From Verrucomicrobiales bacterium (GTDB lineage Bacteria > Verrucomicrobiota > Verrucomicrobiia > Verrucomicrobiales > V1-33), in NCBI GenBank assembly GCA_031411295.1, contig JANOAV010000105.1, forward strand, positions 9,419 to 73,418: a DNA stretch of 64,000 nucleotides, written 5' to 3'. The translations under genes and the position numbers were made by a program. A model generated the notes under the pieces. That model searched no databases, was not told the DNA's origin, and worked only from the letters and a program-made list of their open reading frames with translations. Of this stretch, positions 30,382-41,100 are shown in pieces (the stretch's first letter is position 1; each line of letters starts with the position of its first letter).

Positions 30382-31578
30382 TCACTTTCTGATGTTGGAT
30401 TGGGCCAACGGAAGAATCTTGGGCAACAGCAGTTCTGCCATTTTCTTGGCCCCGGCATCGGTCAAGATGGTCTCATTGACAAAGTGGGCTGGATCCTGCG
30501 GCACCTCGCCATTGAGTTCAATAAATGTTATTTTATTGTCTTCGGCATACTTTTGCGCCACTTCTTGGAAACGCCGCGCTTCCCGTTCCACCCATCCGGA
30601 TTGGACGCGCACCGCCAGATTGCCATCGCTGCGTGACTTGGGCATGAAGGTGCAGCGCAGCGCCTCGGCCTCGTCGGTCATGATTTCCTTACAAAGGCAG
30701 GGTTCGCCTGTTAGGATGAGTTTGGCCCCGACGGCTTTGGCCTCGGAGTTGATGATCTTGATGGCGTCCAGATACTCATTACGGGGATCTGCATCGGAAA
30801 GGCGGAAGGGATTCGGCACGGGGGGGATTTTGGCGAACTCCACGCGGAGTTGGGCGAAGTGATCCGTGAAGAAGTTATCCTCGCCCACCATGTCTTGCGC
30901 GCGTTGCGTGTCACGAGTAACGCTATTGGCCAGTTTCCAACGGGCTAATTGGGAGATCTTGGCTAACGAGTTCTTGACGGCTCCGCGGTCGCGCTTGGGT
31001 ATTGGAATCGCGCCAAAGGCATTGGCGTCATATTGATAATCCAAAGGCTGGCCCAGCACCTCGCCTGCGCCAAAGTTGGTGATGATGAGATCCGGTTGGA
31101 AATCTTTGGCAAAGGTAGAGACCCAGCGTGCCCCAACCAAGGAAAGGAAGCCCGAAGCCCCATTCGCGCCGACTTCGATTTTCACGCCGGGAAGCTTTGC
31201 TTGCAACATTGTCCCCAACTGCCCCCACCAAGTGTCCGGCGCGTTCTGGAGTTGGGCGAAGGTGGCAAAGCCGCCTACGCAGAGGATGCGCAGGGAATTC
31301 GGTTCGCGCTGACCAGAAGTCCAGTTGATGGCGCGCAGTTGGTTCTCCTGGGTCATGGTTAGCACCACCTTGGGTTGCAATCCGGGGATCTTATTTTTCA
31401 AACGGATGGTCATGAGTCCTTCGGTCGGTGCCCGGAAGGCGGCCCACAGCACGATTTCCGTGAGCAGGAGCAGTGCCAGAATTCCGAGGACAAAGCGGAC
31501 GGCTAGTTTGACGAGATTTTGGGTGGAAAAGGTATCAGCGTTCACGAGGAAGGGATCTTTGGGAGAATTATTTGGCAA
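30382..31578 (-). CDS. Membrane-anchored SGNH/GDSL-fold protein with degenerate catalytic motifs
   Basis: N-terminal TM; RILCVGG block I, PDLIITNFG block III, C-terminal LTDAGAKKMA block V. Confidence 0.65.
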   Translation of the reverse strand: MPNNSPKDPFLVNADTFSTQNLVKLAVRFVLGILALLLLTEIVLWAAFRAPTEGLMTIRLKNKIPGLQPKVVLTMTQENQLRAINWTSGQREPNSLRILCVGGFATFAQLQNAPDTWWGQLGTMLQAKLPGVKIEVGANGASGFLSLVGARWVSTFAKDFQPDLIITNFGAGEVLGQPLDYQYDANAFGAIPIPKRDRGAVKNSLAKISQLARWKLANSVTRDTQRAQDMVGEDNFFTDHFAQLRVEFAKIPPVPNPFRLSDADPRNEYLDAIKIINSEAKAVGAKLILTGEPCLCKEIMTDEAEALRCTFMPKSRSDGNLAVRVQSGWVEREARRFQEVAQKYAEDNKITFIELNGEVPQDPAHFVNETILTDAGAKKMAELLLPKILPLAQSNIRK

Positions 31579-31911
31579 TGGACGGTCTTAATTACCACGG
31601 AGTCCAATATTGGGAAAGAGGAGAAATTTTACCAAATCAGATTTGCGGTGAGCAAGTCAGACTGCCGGACCCGCCGGAGCGTTAGTTTGCGGAATTAGAA
31701 AAAAAATGATAAATTTTGTCCAGACTGAATGCCGAATTCCGATAATTAAGGTGGAGACCTCCCGCGGCACCTCAAGATTGCCCCAGTTTCCTCACTCGCC
31801 ACCTACTCCAAACCCCTCTGCCTGTTCATGAAATTTACCCTTTGCCTACCCAGATTCCGCTTTCTGAGCGCGGATCCAACCCTCAGTCCTGCCCCGGGGC
31901 GGGGATGCTGG

Positions 31912-32151
31912 CTAGACATCGAGCAAGCGGTCCCGCTCGTTGAGTCTTCCGCAGGTTGGGCATGGCACCAACGGTTGATTGGTGAATTCATCGAAGACCG
32001 TGCCGCAGACGTCACAACTGACGCGAAATTTCATGAGCTTGCGCTCTCGTCGGCGTTGTTGCCAGACACGCACGGCCCACACCATGCTGAGCAATCCCAG
32101 CAGGATGCAGAGATCGTAGATGATGAGTTCGGGCAGAGTGGTCTTGAACAT
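31912..32151 (-). CDS. Small membrane protein with zinc ribbon
   Basis: TM segment, basic stretch, CDVC..CPTC. Confidence 0.7.
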   Translation of the reverse strand: MFKTTLPELIIYDLCILLGLLSMVWAVRVWQQRRRERKLMKFRVSCDVCGTVFDEFTNQPLVPCPTCGRLNERDRLLDV

Positions 32152-32300
32152 GCGAAAGGTAAGCCTAGATCGGAAGCGGATGCAAGGCTAAGCGAAAGGG
32201 GGCAGGCCGGCTGGACACCAATATATTCCTGGATTCTGGCTTATGCTGGTGGACAGAATTCGAGGAAAATGCTAAATTACCAGAGAAATTACTATCCACT

Positions 32301-32792
32301 ATGAAACTGACCACACTGACCACACTGACCACACTAATAACGCTAACCTGCTTACTGCAATTCTCAACCCTCGGGGGGTATGCTGAAGACAGCAAAGACC
32401 CTCTGGCGGACATCAAGTCTCAATTGAAGGACCCTGCCAAACCGTTCACTTTAATCGTCGAGTTCAGCATTAAGCCGGAGCATGTTAAGGAGTGGCGCAA
32501 GTTGGTGCAGGACTCTGTGAAGCAGACCAAGCAGGAGCCTGGTTGTGTAACTTACACCTGTCATCAGGACGCCAAGGATCCCAATAAGTTTGTCTTTGTG
32601 GAAGTCTGGCGCAGCATGGCGGCCATCGAATTCCATGTGCAGCAAGAGTATGTCAAGAGTCTGTTAGGTAAAGCCGGTGAACTAGGATCGGCCCCGCCCA
32701 ATATTCGCGTCCTCACTCCGTGGGTTCCCGCTCCGCCGAAGCCCAAGGACGAGGGCGCACCCGCCAAGCCGACCGATCCAGCTGTCAAATAG
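32301..32792 (+). CDS. Secreted ABM-family (putative quinol monooxygenase) protein
   Basis: EPGCVTY..HQD..FVFVEVW..H; signal peptide. Confidence 0.85.
   Translation: MKLTTLTTLTTLITLTCLLQFSTLGGYAEDSKDPLADIKSQLKDPAKPFTLIVEFSIKPEHVKEWRKLVQDSVKQTKQEPGCVTYTCHQDAKDPNKFVFVEVWRSMAAIEFHVQQEYVKSLLGKAGELGSAPPNIRVLTPWVPAPPKPKDEGAPAKPTDPAVK
32306..32335 (+). repeat. Tandem repeat (ACTGACCAC)x3.3 in the signal-peptide coding region
   Basis: Directly visible; encodes LTT-LTT-LTT. Confidence 0.9.
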
Positions 32793-32836
32793 CACTTCAA
32801 CCCATCCGCTCCAAAACCGAACCTCCCTCCTGTCTT

Positions 32837-35110
32837 ATGAAAATCTCTCCGAATCTTTCGGGGGGGCTTCTGATGTGGCCCCTGGCCGCAGCAATGCTCA
32901 CGTGCCCCCTACTGCGGGCGAACCCAGAAACGGCCAATTTCACTTTTTCGAACACCACGCGATTAAGTGCGCAGGCGGGGTATTGGCGGCATTATGCCCC
33001 GTCTGAGGGGTGGGCCGCACGCATGAACTGGACGGGAAATGTCTCCACCTGCACTCCCGGGACCGTGTCTGCAGACTATTTCGATGATTGCCTGCGGCGG
33101 ATCAATTATTACCGGGCCCAGGCGGGGTTGCCTTCGGATGTGGCGCATAACTCAACCAAGAGCGCCAAATGTCAGTGGGCCACCCTCATCTTCAGTAAAC
33201 AGGGGGATATTTCGCATACCCCGGCAGATGATTTCCCCAGTAACACCTGTCTGATGGCTGATAAAGCGGCCCACGGAGGGAATGGTTGGGGGGATGCTGC
33301 GGCTTATGCCGGTAATCTAGCGTTGGGGAACACGGGGCCGGCAGCAATTGATGACTTGATTTGGGATAGTGGTGCGGAAAATACTGCGACGGGCCATCGA
33401 CGCTGGTTTCTGGACCCCCGGGCCGCAGACATGGGATTCGGCGGAGTGCCTGCCAGTGGTTCTGGTGCTGGTGCTGTCAACGCCAGTGCTTGCGTTTGGA
33501 TCATCGGGGATTGGAAGTCGCTGTCGGCAGCCACGACGAAGGTGGTGACTTGGCCGAACGCGGGATTCGTGCCCTACCAATTGGTGCCAAATTCAGCGAA
33601 TTCAGCAGTTTTCGGCGGGCAGGTGCGCTGGTCCTGCACTTACACCAACGGAAATTTTTCCAGTGCCAGTGTGACCATGAATCGGACTTCGGGGACGGGC
33701 TCCCCGGCCAGCGTGGGGCTGACCAAAGAACCTTACGAGGAAGGCTATGGTGACAACGCGATCGTCTGGAAATTGAACAGCGGTGCGTCCGTCGTAGCCC
33801 CGACACCGGTCCAGGATGTAACCTATCGCATTGTGATCTCAGGCATTACCCTAACGTCGGGTGCTCCGCCGCCGCAATTTGCAGCCACGGGTGGTGGCAC
33901 CTACAGCTATACCTATGATGTTACGACCTTCGACGTCACGGCCCTGACTCCAGCCATGACGGTGAGCGGAGCAGCAGCTCCCGCAGCTGGATTGACTAAT
34001 ACCTATACTCTCAATCCCTTGGCAGAGTCCAGTGGCCTCACGGTGCGAGCTGGCACTGCTGCCACCGCCGTTTGGACGGAAGGGGCAGAGGACGCTCCCA
34101 CGCCTAAGGTGTTGGACGGCACCACTGGCGGATATTCCCTCCTCATGAGTTCGCTTCCCAGCAGTGGAAGCAAGACGTTCCATCTCACCTTTCCTTCCAG
34201 TCCGGTTGCGACGCAGTCCTTCACCATCGATCACCATATCATCCCCAGCGCCACGAGTCGCCTCCAGTTCAAGCATCGCTTTCGTTTTGTAAAACTGGGT
34301 AGTTCGCTCAACGCGGAAATTTCCACGGACGATGGATCCAGTTGGACGAAGTTTTGGTCCCGGGCAGGAGATGCTAATAGCAGCAGTGGTAACAGCGGTT
34401 CCTTGGAAGCCAGCTATCAAACCGGGGACGTTGCCATCCCCGCGATTTATGCAGGGCGCACGTGTCGCTTCCGTTTCTCGTTGGATCATACCACTGGACC
34501 GTTTTCTACCGGGACTACGGATACTTACGGGGCGTTGGTGGATAACGTTACCGTAACTGCAGCCCAGGAGTTCACCGTTAGTTCAGCAACCGTGCTTGCC
34601 AGCGCAGCCACGACCTATGCGTTCGTCCCCCCCAGTGTTGGGACCTACTATTTGCAAGCTAGCATGGAGCTGGGAGATACCCATTGGATGGATTGGGGCC
34701 CGCTGACCACCGTGACGGCGGTGGCCCCAGTTTCATTGCAAACCTGGCGGGCCACGAATCTGGCTTCAGCTACGAATACGGGCTCTGCCGCCGATGCGGC
34801 GGATCCGGATGGCGACGGATTGGCCAACATTGTGGAATACGCTTTTGGCCTGAATCCCTCGTCCGCGCAATGGGATGCGGTGGCGTTACCGACTGTGAGC
34901 AAATCGGGAAATAGCATCGTTTACAGCTTCAAACCATCCGCTGGCGCCACGGGGGTGACTTACACCGTGCAGAAAACGACGAACTTGGCCACTGGGCCAT
35001 GGACGACTGTTCCCAGCAGTGTCACGAAAGGCACCTACTCCGCCACCGTCCCGGTAGCCGCGAGTCCGATCTTCTTTCGGCTCAAGGTTGAAAACGTTTC
35101 AGGGTTGTAG
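32837..35110 (+). CDS. Secreted CAP/SCP-domain protein with beta-sandwich region and C-terminal DxDG..EYAFG domain
   Basis: LRRINYYRAQAGLP, SH, GHRRWFL (CAP); DPDGDGLANIVEYAFG..FFRLKV tail. Confidence 0.8.
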   Translation: MKISPNLSGGLLMWPLAAAMLTCPLLRANPETANFTFSNTTRLSAQAGYWRHYAPSEGWAARMNWTGNVSTCTPGTVSADYFDDCLRRINYYRAQAGLPSDVAHNSTKSAKCQWATLIFSKQGDISHTPADDFPSNTCLMADKAAHGGNGWGDAAAYAGNLALGNTGPAAIDDLIWDSGAENTATGHRRWFLDPRAADMGFGGVPASGSGAGAVNASACVWIIGDWKSLSAATTKVVTWPNAGFVPYQLVPNSANSAVFGGQVRWSCTYTNGNFSSASVTMNRTSGTGSPASVGLTKEPYEEGYGDNAIVWKLNSGASVVAPTPVQDVTYRIVISGITLTSGAPPPQFAATGGGTYSYTYDVTTFDVTALTPAMTVSGAAAPAAGLTNTYTLNPLAESSGLTVRAGTAATAVWTEGAEDAPTPKVLDGTTGGYSLLMSSLPSSGSKTFHLTFPSSPVATQSFTIDHHIIPSATSRLQFKHRFRFVKLGSSLNAEISTDDGSSWTKFWSRAGDANSSSGNSGSLEASYQTGDVAIPAIYAGRTCRFRFSLDHTTGPFSTGTTDTYGALVDNVTVTAAQEFTVSSATVLASAATTYAFVPPSVGTYYLQASMELGDTHWMDWGPLTTVTAVAPVSLQTWRATNLASATNTGSAADAADPDGDGLANIVEYAFGLNPSSAQWDAVALPTVSKSGNSIVYSFKPSAGATGVTYTVQKTTNLATGPWTTVPSSVTKGTYSATVPVAASPIFFRLKVENVSGL

Positions 35111-35171
35111 CTGCGGTTTGTAATCCGAACCCGACAGTTGCGTTTCCGCAGCAACGATACGATGCAGCAGG

Positions 35172-36011
35172 ATGATCGAATCGCTGGCAACACACTTCAA
35201 AGGCTGGGCCAAGCCGGGCCCTCCACCGCACTCTGCGGCCACCGCAGAGGAGGGGGAATCGTGCGACGCCATCAGTGGTCACTATCGGCTGCTGCAGCTT
35301 AAGGCTGGTCATCGGTTCTCCACGGACGATATCCTGACTGCTTGGTATGGCACCACCTGGGCTCCTTCGGTGCGCTCCGGTTTGGACTTGGGAAGCGGGC
35401 TCGGCACCGTGGGCATGATCTGTGCGTGGCGCTGCCCGGGGGCTAAATTTGTTACGGTGGAGGCTCAGCCGGAAAGTGTCGCCTTGGCGCGACGCTCGGC
35501 TGTGGCGAATGGATTGGCGGATCGGTATGAGATTCGCGAAGGAGATTTTCGCGATCCCGGAGTTCTGGCGGAGCATGAGAAATTTGATCTGATCACGGGC
35601 AGTCCACCTTATTGGCCGGTGGAGGCGGGTGTTGTTAGCGAACACCCGCAGAAACTTGCTTGTCGTTTTGAGCTGCGCGGTAGTGTGGCGGACTATTGCG
35701 AGACGGCGGCTCGGCATCTGGCTGTGGGAGGCTTCTTTGCCTGCGTCTTTCCCCATGAGCCACAACAACTGGCCCGCGTGGTGGCTGGAGCCCAGGCTGC
35801 GGGACTGGTCATCGTGCGCAAGCGTCCGATTCAATTCCGCGAGGGTGATGCTCCGCTGGTGGCGTTGTTCGGCATGATGAGAGCGGAGGATTTGCCGGAA
35901 TGGTTTCGAGGCCAAACTTGGGAAGAGCCCCCACTGATCATCCGCACCAAGGCCGGGGCCGTGCATCCCGAGTATTCTGCAGTGAAATTGGCGATCGGAT
36001 TTCCCCCATAG
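35172..36011 (+). CDS. SAM-dependent methyltransferase, tRNA1(Val) A37-N6 methyltransferase-like
   Basis: GHRFSTDD, LDLGSGLG, GSPPY (NPPY-like), CRFE. Confidence 0.8.
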   Translation: MIESLATHFKGWAKPGPPPHSAATAEEGESCDAISGHYRLLQLKAGHRFSTDDILTAWYGTTWAPSVRSGLDLGSGLGTVGMICAWRCPGAKFVTVEAQPESVALARRSAVANGLADRYEIREGDFRDPGVLAEHEKFDLITGSPPYWPVEAGVVSEHPQKLACRFELRGSVADYCETAARHLAVGGFFACVFPHEPQQLARVVAGAQAAGLVIVRKRPIQFREGDAPLVALFGMMRAEDLPEWFRGQTWEEPPLIIRTKAGAVHPEYSAVKLAIGFPP

Positions 36012-36182
36012 GGCTACGGGGCATGCTCGGATGGGTTGCCCACTGAAATATTCGACAGATTTGAAAAAAGTTCCGGAGGGTGTAACCAGTCGCCTCCGCG
36101 TGGTCAACTCAGATTACCTGCCAGTGTAATGCTCGGCGGGTATTCACTTCACTAAATACTGTCACTTCACCTACTACCCATC

Positions 36183-36635
36183 ATGAAAACCATGCCCCTT
36201 TATCGCACTTTGACATTGGCAATCTTCACGCTGCTTTCCTTGACCCTCAGCCCCGGTGCCAAGGCGGATACCAGCGAGGATAAAGCTGAACTGGCCGAGC
36301 ACCTCGTCGCCCTGCTTAATAAGGCCGGTTACGGCGTGCGGGATCGTTACACTTCAGGCGACTTATACGAGGGAGAGACGACTAAAGTCACAACGACGTT
36401 GCACGAAGGTAATGCCTATCAAATTGTCGTCGCCAGTCCTTACAAAAGCAGTGACGTCGATGTTCGCATTTATGATGAGAACGACAACTTGATCGCGCAG
36501 GACAATGATGACACGGCCATGGCGGTCGTGAAGATCACCCCGAAATGGAGTGGGAAGTTTAAAATTGTCATCACCATGCATTCGTGCCGCCACCTGAGCG
36601 CGGCTTGGGTCATGCAGTATGGCTTCAAGAATTAA
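36183..36635 (+). CDS. Secreted hypothetical protein (PPC-like beta-sandwich)
   Basis: Signal peptide AKA/D; DVDVRIYDENDNLIAQD motif. Confidence 0.7.
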   Translation: MKTMPLYRTLTLAIFTLLSLTLSPGAKADTSEDKAELAEHLVALLNKAGYGVRDRYTSGDLYEGETTKVTTTLHEGNAYQIVVASPYKSSDVDVRIYDENDNLIAQDNDDTAMAVVKITPKWSGKFKIVITMHSCRHLSAAWVMQYGFKN

Positions 36636-36676
36636 TCCCTGTCGCACCCATGCCTACAAGGCACGCTCTACCCAAG

Positions 36677-37120
36677 ATGAAATTCTTCTATTGGTCCTTA
36701 ATTTCCTGTCTCCTGCTGAGTTGGTTGCCCCGTCGGGCCCGCGCGCAGACGGAATCAGGGGATACATTGTGCGAGGCCTATCTGGCCAGGATCAATCACC
36801 GCGACCACTATAGTGCGAGCGGAGTCCGATTGAGTGGAGTCGCTGACATTGTGCTCCAGGATCGCCTCAACTACCTGCGCGGTGGCATCAGGGACGCTGA
36901 GGATCAGGCGGACGGACGATCCACTGGGGCTGGGTATCGCAGCAGTGAGGAATCATTGCTGGGCAGGCGGTCGATCGATGCGACAACGGCTGCCGTAATG
37001 GTTGAGTCCACTCCCTTGGTCTGCGTCAAAATATCCAAATCCCAGCAAAGCGAGGAGCTGTATCTGGCGACTGATCTTGTTCCGATGACTCGGGCTGGAG
37101 GGAGCTACGCTAGACACTAG
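36677..37120 (+). CDS. Secreted hypothetical protein
   Basis: Signal peptide from ATG 36677; YLARI..RDHYSASGVRL..QDR.NY..D.ED core. Confidence 0.6.
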   Translation: MKFFYWSLISCLLLSWLPRRARAQTESGDTLCEAYLARINHRDHYSASGVRLSGVADIVLQDRLNYLRGGIRDAEDQADGRSTGAGYRSSEESLLGRRSIDATTAAVMVESTPLVCVKISKSQQSEELYLATDLVPMTRAGGSYARH

Positions 37121-37132
37121 GAGGACACCTCC

Positions 37133-38155
37133 CTAGCTGCGCTTCCTTCGATACCCCCAGTAACCCAAGAGGACAATGCAGGCGGCAGCAACGGCAGTCA
37201 GGGACTGGAGCTTATGTTTACCCCACACCATTCTTGGCGGGTAGGCACTGGCAAGGTGGCTGCCTGGTGCAATAATACTGCGGATTAGTGCGGCTTGGGG
37301 CGCGATCCGGGTAGCCCCGCACCACATGGGGGAGGGGTGTTCCTGGAGCGCCCCGACCTCGCGAAACGTCTCGCCTAGCACACCCCGCCACATCTGGCGT
37401 CCGTCGTGAATGGCGGCCCAGAATGAGTCAGTGCCTGATGCGGTAAAGGAATATTGCGTTTCCTTCCCTCCCACCGAGGGGTCAACGTCGAAATGAATTC
37501 CTGCCAAGCGCCAGTTGCCGGCTTGATCCTGCAGGAGCAGTCCGCCCCCGCTGTCACCGGATGCCAGCGTGCCTTCGTCCAGTCCCGCAGCTTGATCCCA
37601 GGACCACACGAGGAGTGATCCGAGGTCTTCGCCTGCCGCAAAATATTCTTCGACTTGATTCGTGCCCCAACTGAGTTTCCCATCAGATTCGCCCCACCTC
37701 CATCCGGGCTTGGTTCCGTTAGGTAGCAAAATTTCCTGTCCACGGGCAGCTCCACGGCCCATCAGAAAGCAGGGTTGTTTCAACTCCGAGCCACTACTCT
37801 CATCCCACAGTTCCATCCATTGGGGAAACTCCCCCTCCACGCGGAACAGCACCAAGTCTGTCCCCGGAATGCCGGCCGATTCCACCGCCGCATAGCTTTT
37901 GCCATTCAAATCAAAGAAGCTGCCAACATTCACTCCCAGGTGCAATGCGGTGATAAACCAGTGGGGGCTGATGCAGACCCCGGTGCCCCCTTGCCAATGA
38001 CCATGACTGGCCCAAGCCTTCTGCAACGTGGGATCCGCCGGAGTGCCAAAATTCCTGCCCTCTTCTCGAAACACGATGATCGCCCGGGCATCGCCCAGGA
38101 GGGCGAGGGCGAGCAAGCCAAGGGCAAGGCGGCTTAAATGAAGTCGCAGTAGCAT
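37133..38155 (-). CDS. Trypsin-like (S1) serine protease with signal peptide and C-terminal TM anchor
   Basis: ITALH (His), TDLVLFR (Asp), GDSGG (Ser); hydrophobic tail ending YRRKRS; the ATG overlaps the PKS-NRPS stop (TAATG). Confidence 0.85.
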   Translation of the reverse strand: MLLRLHLSRLALGLLALALLGDARAIIVFREEGRNFGTPADPTLQKAWASHGHWQGGTGVCISPHWFITALHLGVNVGSFFDLNGKSYAAVESAGIPGTDLVLFRVEGEFPQWMELWDESSGSELKQPCFLMGRGAARGQEILLPNGTKPGWRWGESDGKLSWGTNQVEEYFAAGEDLGSLLVWSWDQAAGLDEGTLASGDSGGGLLLQDQAGNWRLAGIHFDVDPSVGGKETQYSFTASGTDSFWAAIHDGRQMWRGVLGETFREVGALQEHPSPMWCGATRIAPQAALIRSIIAPGSHLASAYPPRMVWGKHKLQSLTAVAAACIVLLGYWGYRRKRS

Positions 38156-41100
38156 TAGGTAAGCATCGGGCTGGGGGTGAGCTTGGCGAGGTGGCGACGC
38201 AGCTTGTCTGCCATCTGACTAACATTTGGCTCATCGAAAATCTCCAAATGATTACCCGGGACGCGATCTATGATGAGCCGATCCACCAAACTGGTCCAGC
38301 CATAATCCTCGCTGAGGTCAAACTTATCGCTGACTTCACTGCTGCGGAAGAGCAGCATCGTGGTGGCCAGCGGTGCCGCTCGATAGCCCTCGGCCGCCTG
38401 GATATTGGCTTCCCGAATCTGCACATAACGCAGACGTTCTTCCTCCGCCCTGACCCCTTGCTTGAGCAAACGCCGCGCAGAAGCAGTCTCGGCGTCGGTG
38501 CGGAACCGCTGAATCAAGCCGGAACTAAAACGGCCTCCGAGTTGCAATAACTTGCCCGCCACATTGTGGGATTGACTCGTGCGCCAATTCACGCTGATGC
38601 GCTCACCGAGCGTGTATTCGCGAGCCGGCACATTGGGGTTTTCCGTATCAAACATCACTAGTAAGGGAACCTCCTCACCAGCCGCCAACAGTTGCTGCGC
38701 CATTTCATAGGCCACTAAACCGCCATAACTGTAGCCGCCGAGCACGTAGGGGCCGCGGCGTTGGGCCAGTCTGATTAAGGCCACATACTCTGCCGCGACC
38801 GCCGGAATCGGGATCGATTCGATGGGCAGCGATTCATCGATCAAGGCGGGCGATTCCACAGTGTAGAGTTGCCGCTCCGTCCCGAAGCGCGAAAGCAACC
38901 CCTTGTAAAACAGCGCTCCGCCATCTCCGCCATGAATTCCGAAGAACGCCAGTTCATCCCCCGTTGGTTGAATACAGGTTAGGGGGGAGACCTTGCCGCG
39001 GGTGGCATTGGCCGTCGTTTCGATCACCGTGGCCAATTTCTCCAAGGTGGGGGCGCGGAACAAGGTGCCCAGCGGGAGGGCGACGCGGAAGTCAGTCCGG
39101 ATACGAGTGAACAAACGCAGGCCGTGGAGCGAGGTGCCGCCGATTTCGAAGAAATTATCGTCGCTGCTTACGGCGGTGAGCCGAAGGATGTCCTGCCAAA
39201 TTAACGCCAGTCGTTGCTCGAAATCCGTGCGCGGAGCCACATAGGCTCGTGCCCGGTCGGTGGGAGGCACAACCATGTCAGGTTGTGGGGCGGAGAGTGC
39301 TTGGCGGTTCAGTTTGCCGTTTTCGGTGAGCGGGAAACTCTCCATGCAGACGTAAGCAGAGGGGACCATGTAGTCCGGCAGTTTCGCTTGCAGGTGCTTG
39401 CGGAGGGCTTCGCTGGTGGGGAGATCTTTGTCATACACCACAAACGCGGCCAGATACGTTTCGCCATCCGCATTCTGCTGGGGCAGAACGGCGGCATCGC
39501 GCACGTCCGGATGGGTTAAGAGCACGGATTCGATTTCCCCTAGCTCAATGCGGTAGCCCCGCAGTTTGACCTGCTGATCCGCCCGCCCCAGATACTCCAA
39601 CTCGCGCCCTGGACGGAAACGTGCCAGATCTCCCGTGCGATACAATTTCGCTCCGGGCCGACCAGTCAAATGATCAGGCACGAAGCGCTCCGCCGTAAGT
39701 TCTGGGCGGTTTAGATAGCCTTGAGCCAGACCATCGCCACCAACATACATTTCCCCCACGCAACCAAATGGCACCGGTTCACCTGCTGTGTCCAAGAGAT
39801 ATATTTGCAGATCAGGAATGGGCACCCCGATCATGCTCCCGCCTTTCATATCTGCTGTAGTTAGTGGACGATAGGTCACATGCACGGTAGTTTCAGTAAT
39901 GCCATACATGTTGACCAACTGCGGTGATTGATCTCCATGGCGGGCGAACCAGGGCTGCAAGGCCGCCATTTCCAGCGCCTCACCACCGAAGATGACGTAG
40001 CGCAGACTAAGCGCCGGAGCCTGCGACAAGGTTGCTTCTGCCGCCATCAGTTGTTTGAAGGCACTCGGCGTTTGATTCAGCACGGTGACCTTTTCTGTCG
40101 CCAGCAATTCATAAAATTCATCAGGGGAGCGGGCCAAATTAAACGGCACGACGACCAAGCGACCGCCATACAGCAGCGCACCCCAGATTTCCCAGACGCT
40201 AAAGTCAAAGGCTGCGCTGTGGAAGAGGGTCCAAACGTCACGGGCGTTGAAGTTGAACCACGCCTCCGTGCTCTGCATTAAGCGCGTCACGTTCCGATGA
40301 GTGATCCGGCAGCCCTTCGGCTGGCCGGTCGATCCACTGGTGTAAATCACATACGCGATGTCATCCGGAATGATGCTGGTTAGAGGATTTGTGGTCGGGA
40401 AATCTGTTAGCGCGTCATCGATGAACAACGTGCGTCCAGCGTGTTCGGGCAGTTGTTTCAGCAGACTGCGCTGCGCCACTAGCACCGGGGCGGCAGCGTC
40501 TTCCAGCAGGAAGGCCAGACGCGCGGCAGGGTAGCTCAGATCCATGGGGACATAGGCGGCTCCCGCTTTCAAGATCCCCAGAATGGCCACCACTAAAGGA
40601 TTGGCGCGCTCCAGGCACAGCCCCACCAGCATGCCGGGGCGCACCCCGGCCTCAATCAAGGCGTGGGCCAGTTGGTTGGCGCGGGCGTTCACTTCACCAT
40701 AGGTCAGGTTTTGCGTGCCGCAGGTCAGCGCCAAGGCCTGTGGATGCTGCTGGGCTTGTTGTTCGAACCAAGCATGCAGACAGAGATCTCCTCCAGCCTT
40801 GCGGCCATGAGCGTTGAAGCCGTGGATCAGTTCGCTGCGTTGCCCGGTGGTGAGCATGGGAAGCCGGGATATTTCCATTTCTGGATGGGCGCAGAGTGAC
40901 TGTAACAAACGTTGATAGTGCAGCATCCATTGCTGGATTGTCTCCTCGCGGAATAGTTCGGAGCGCGCAGCACATAACAGTCGCAGATCCTCTGCCCCCT
41001 GATAAGCATAGAGGGTCAGCGGGAAGTTGGACCGCAACTTGGGATTCAATATCGTCGTGAAGGCCAGTCCGCCTGCTGCGATCGTGTCAGCCCCCATCGA

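Noticed and set aside
31828..32304. 158-aa plus-strand ORF
   Set aside because: It overlaps the more credible minus-strand TM + zinc-ribbon gene and has no recognisable features.
32306..32335. Possible phase-variation tract
   Set aside because: The 9-bp unit keeps the frame, so copy-number change would only alter signal-peptide length.
37133..37240. PEP-CTERM sorting signal on the protease
   Set aside because: A TM segment and basic tail are present, but there is no PEP or VPDSG motif, so it is called only a TM anchor.
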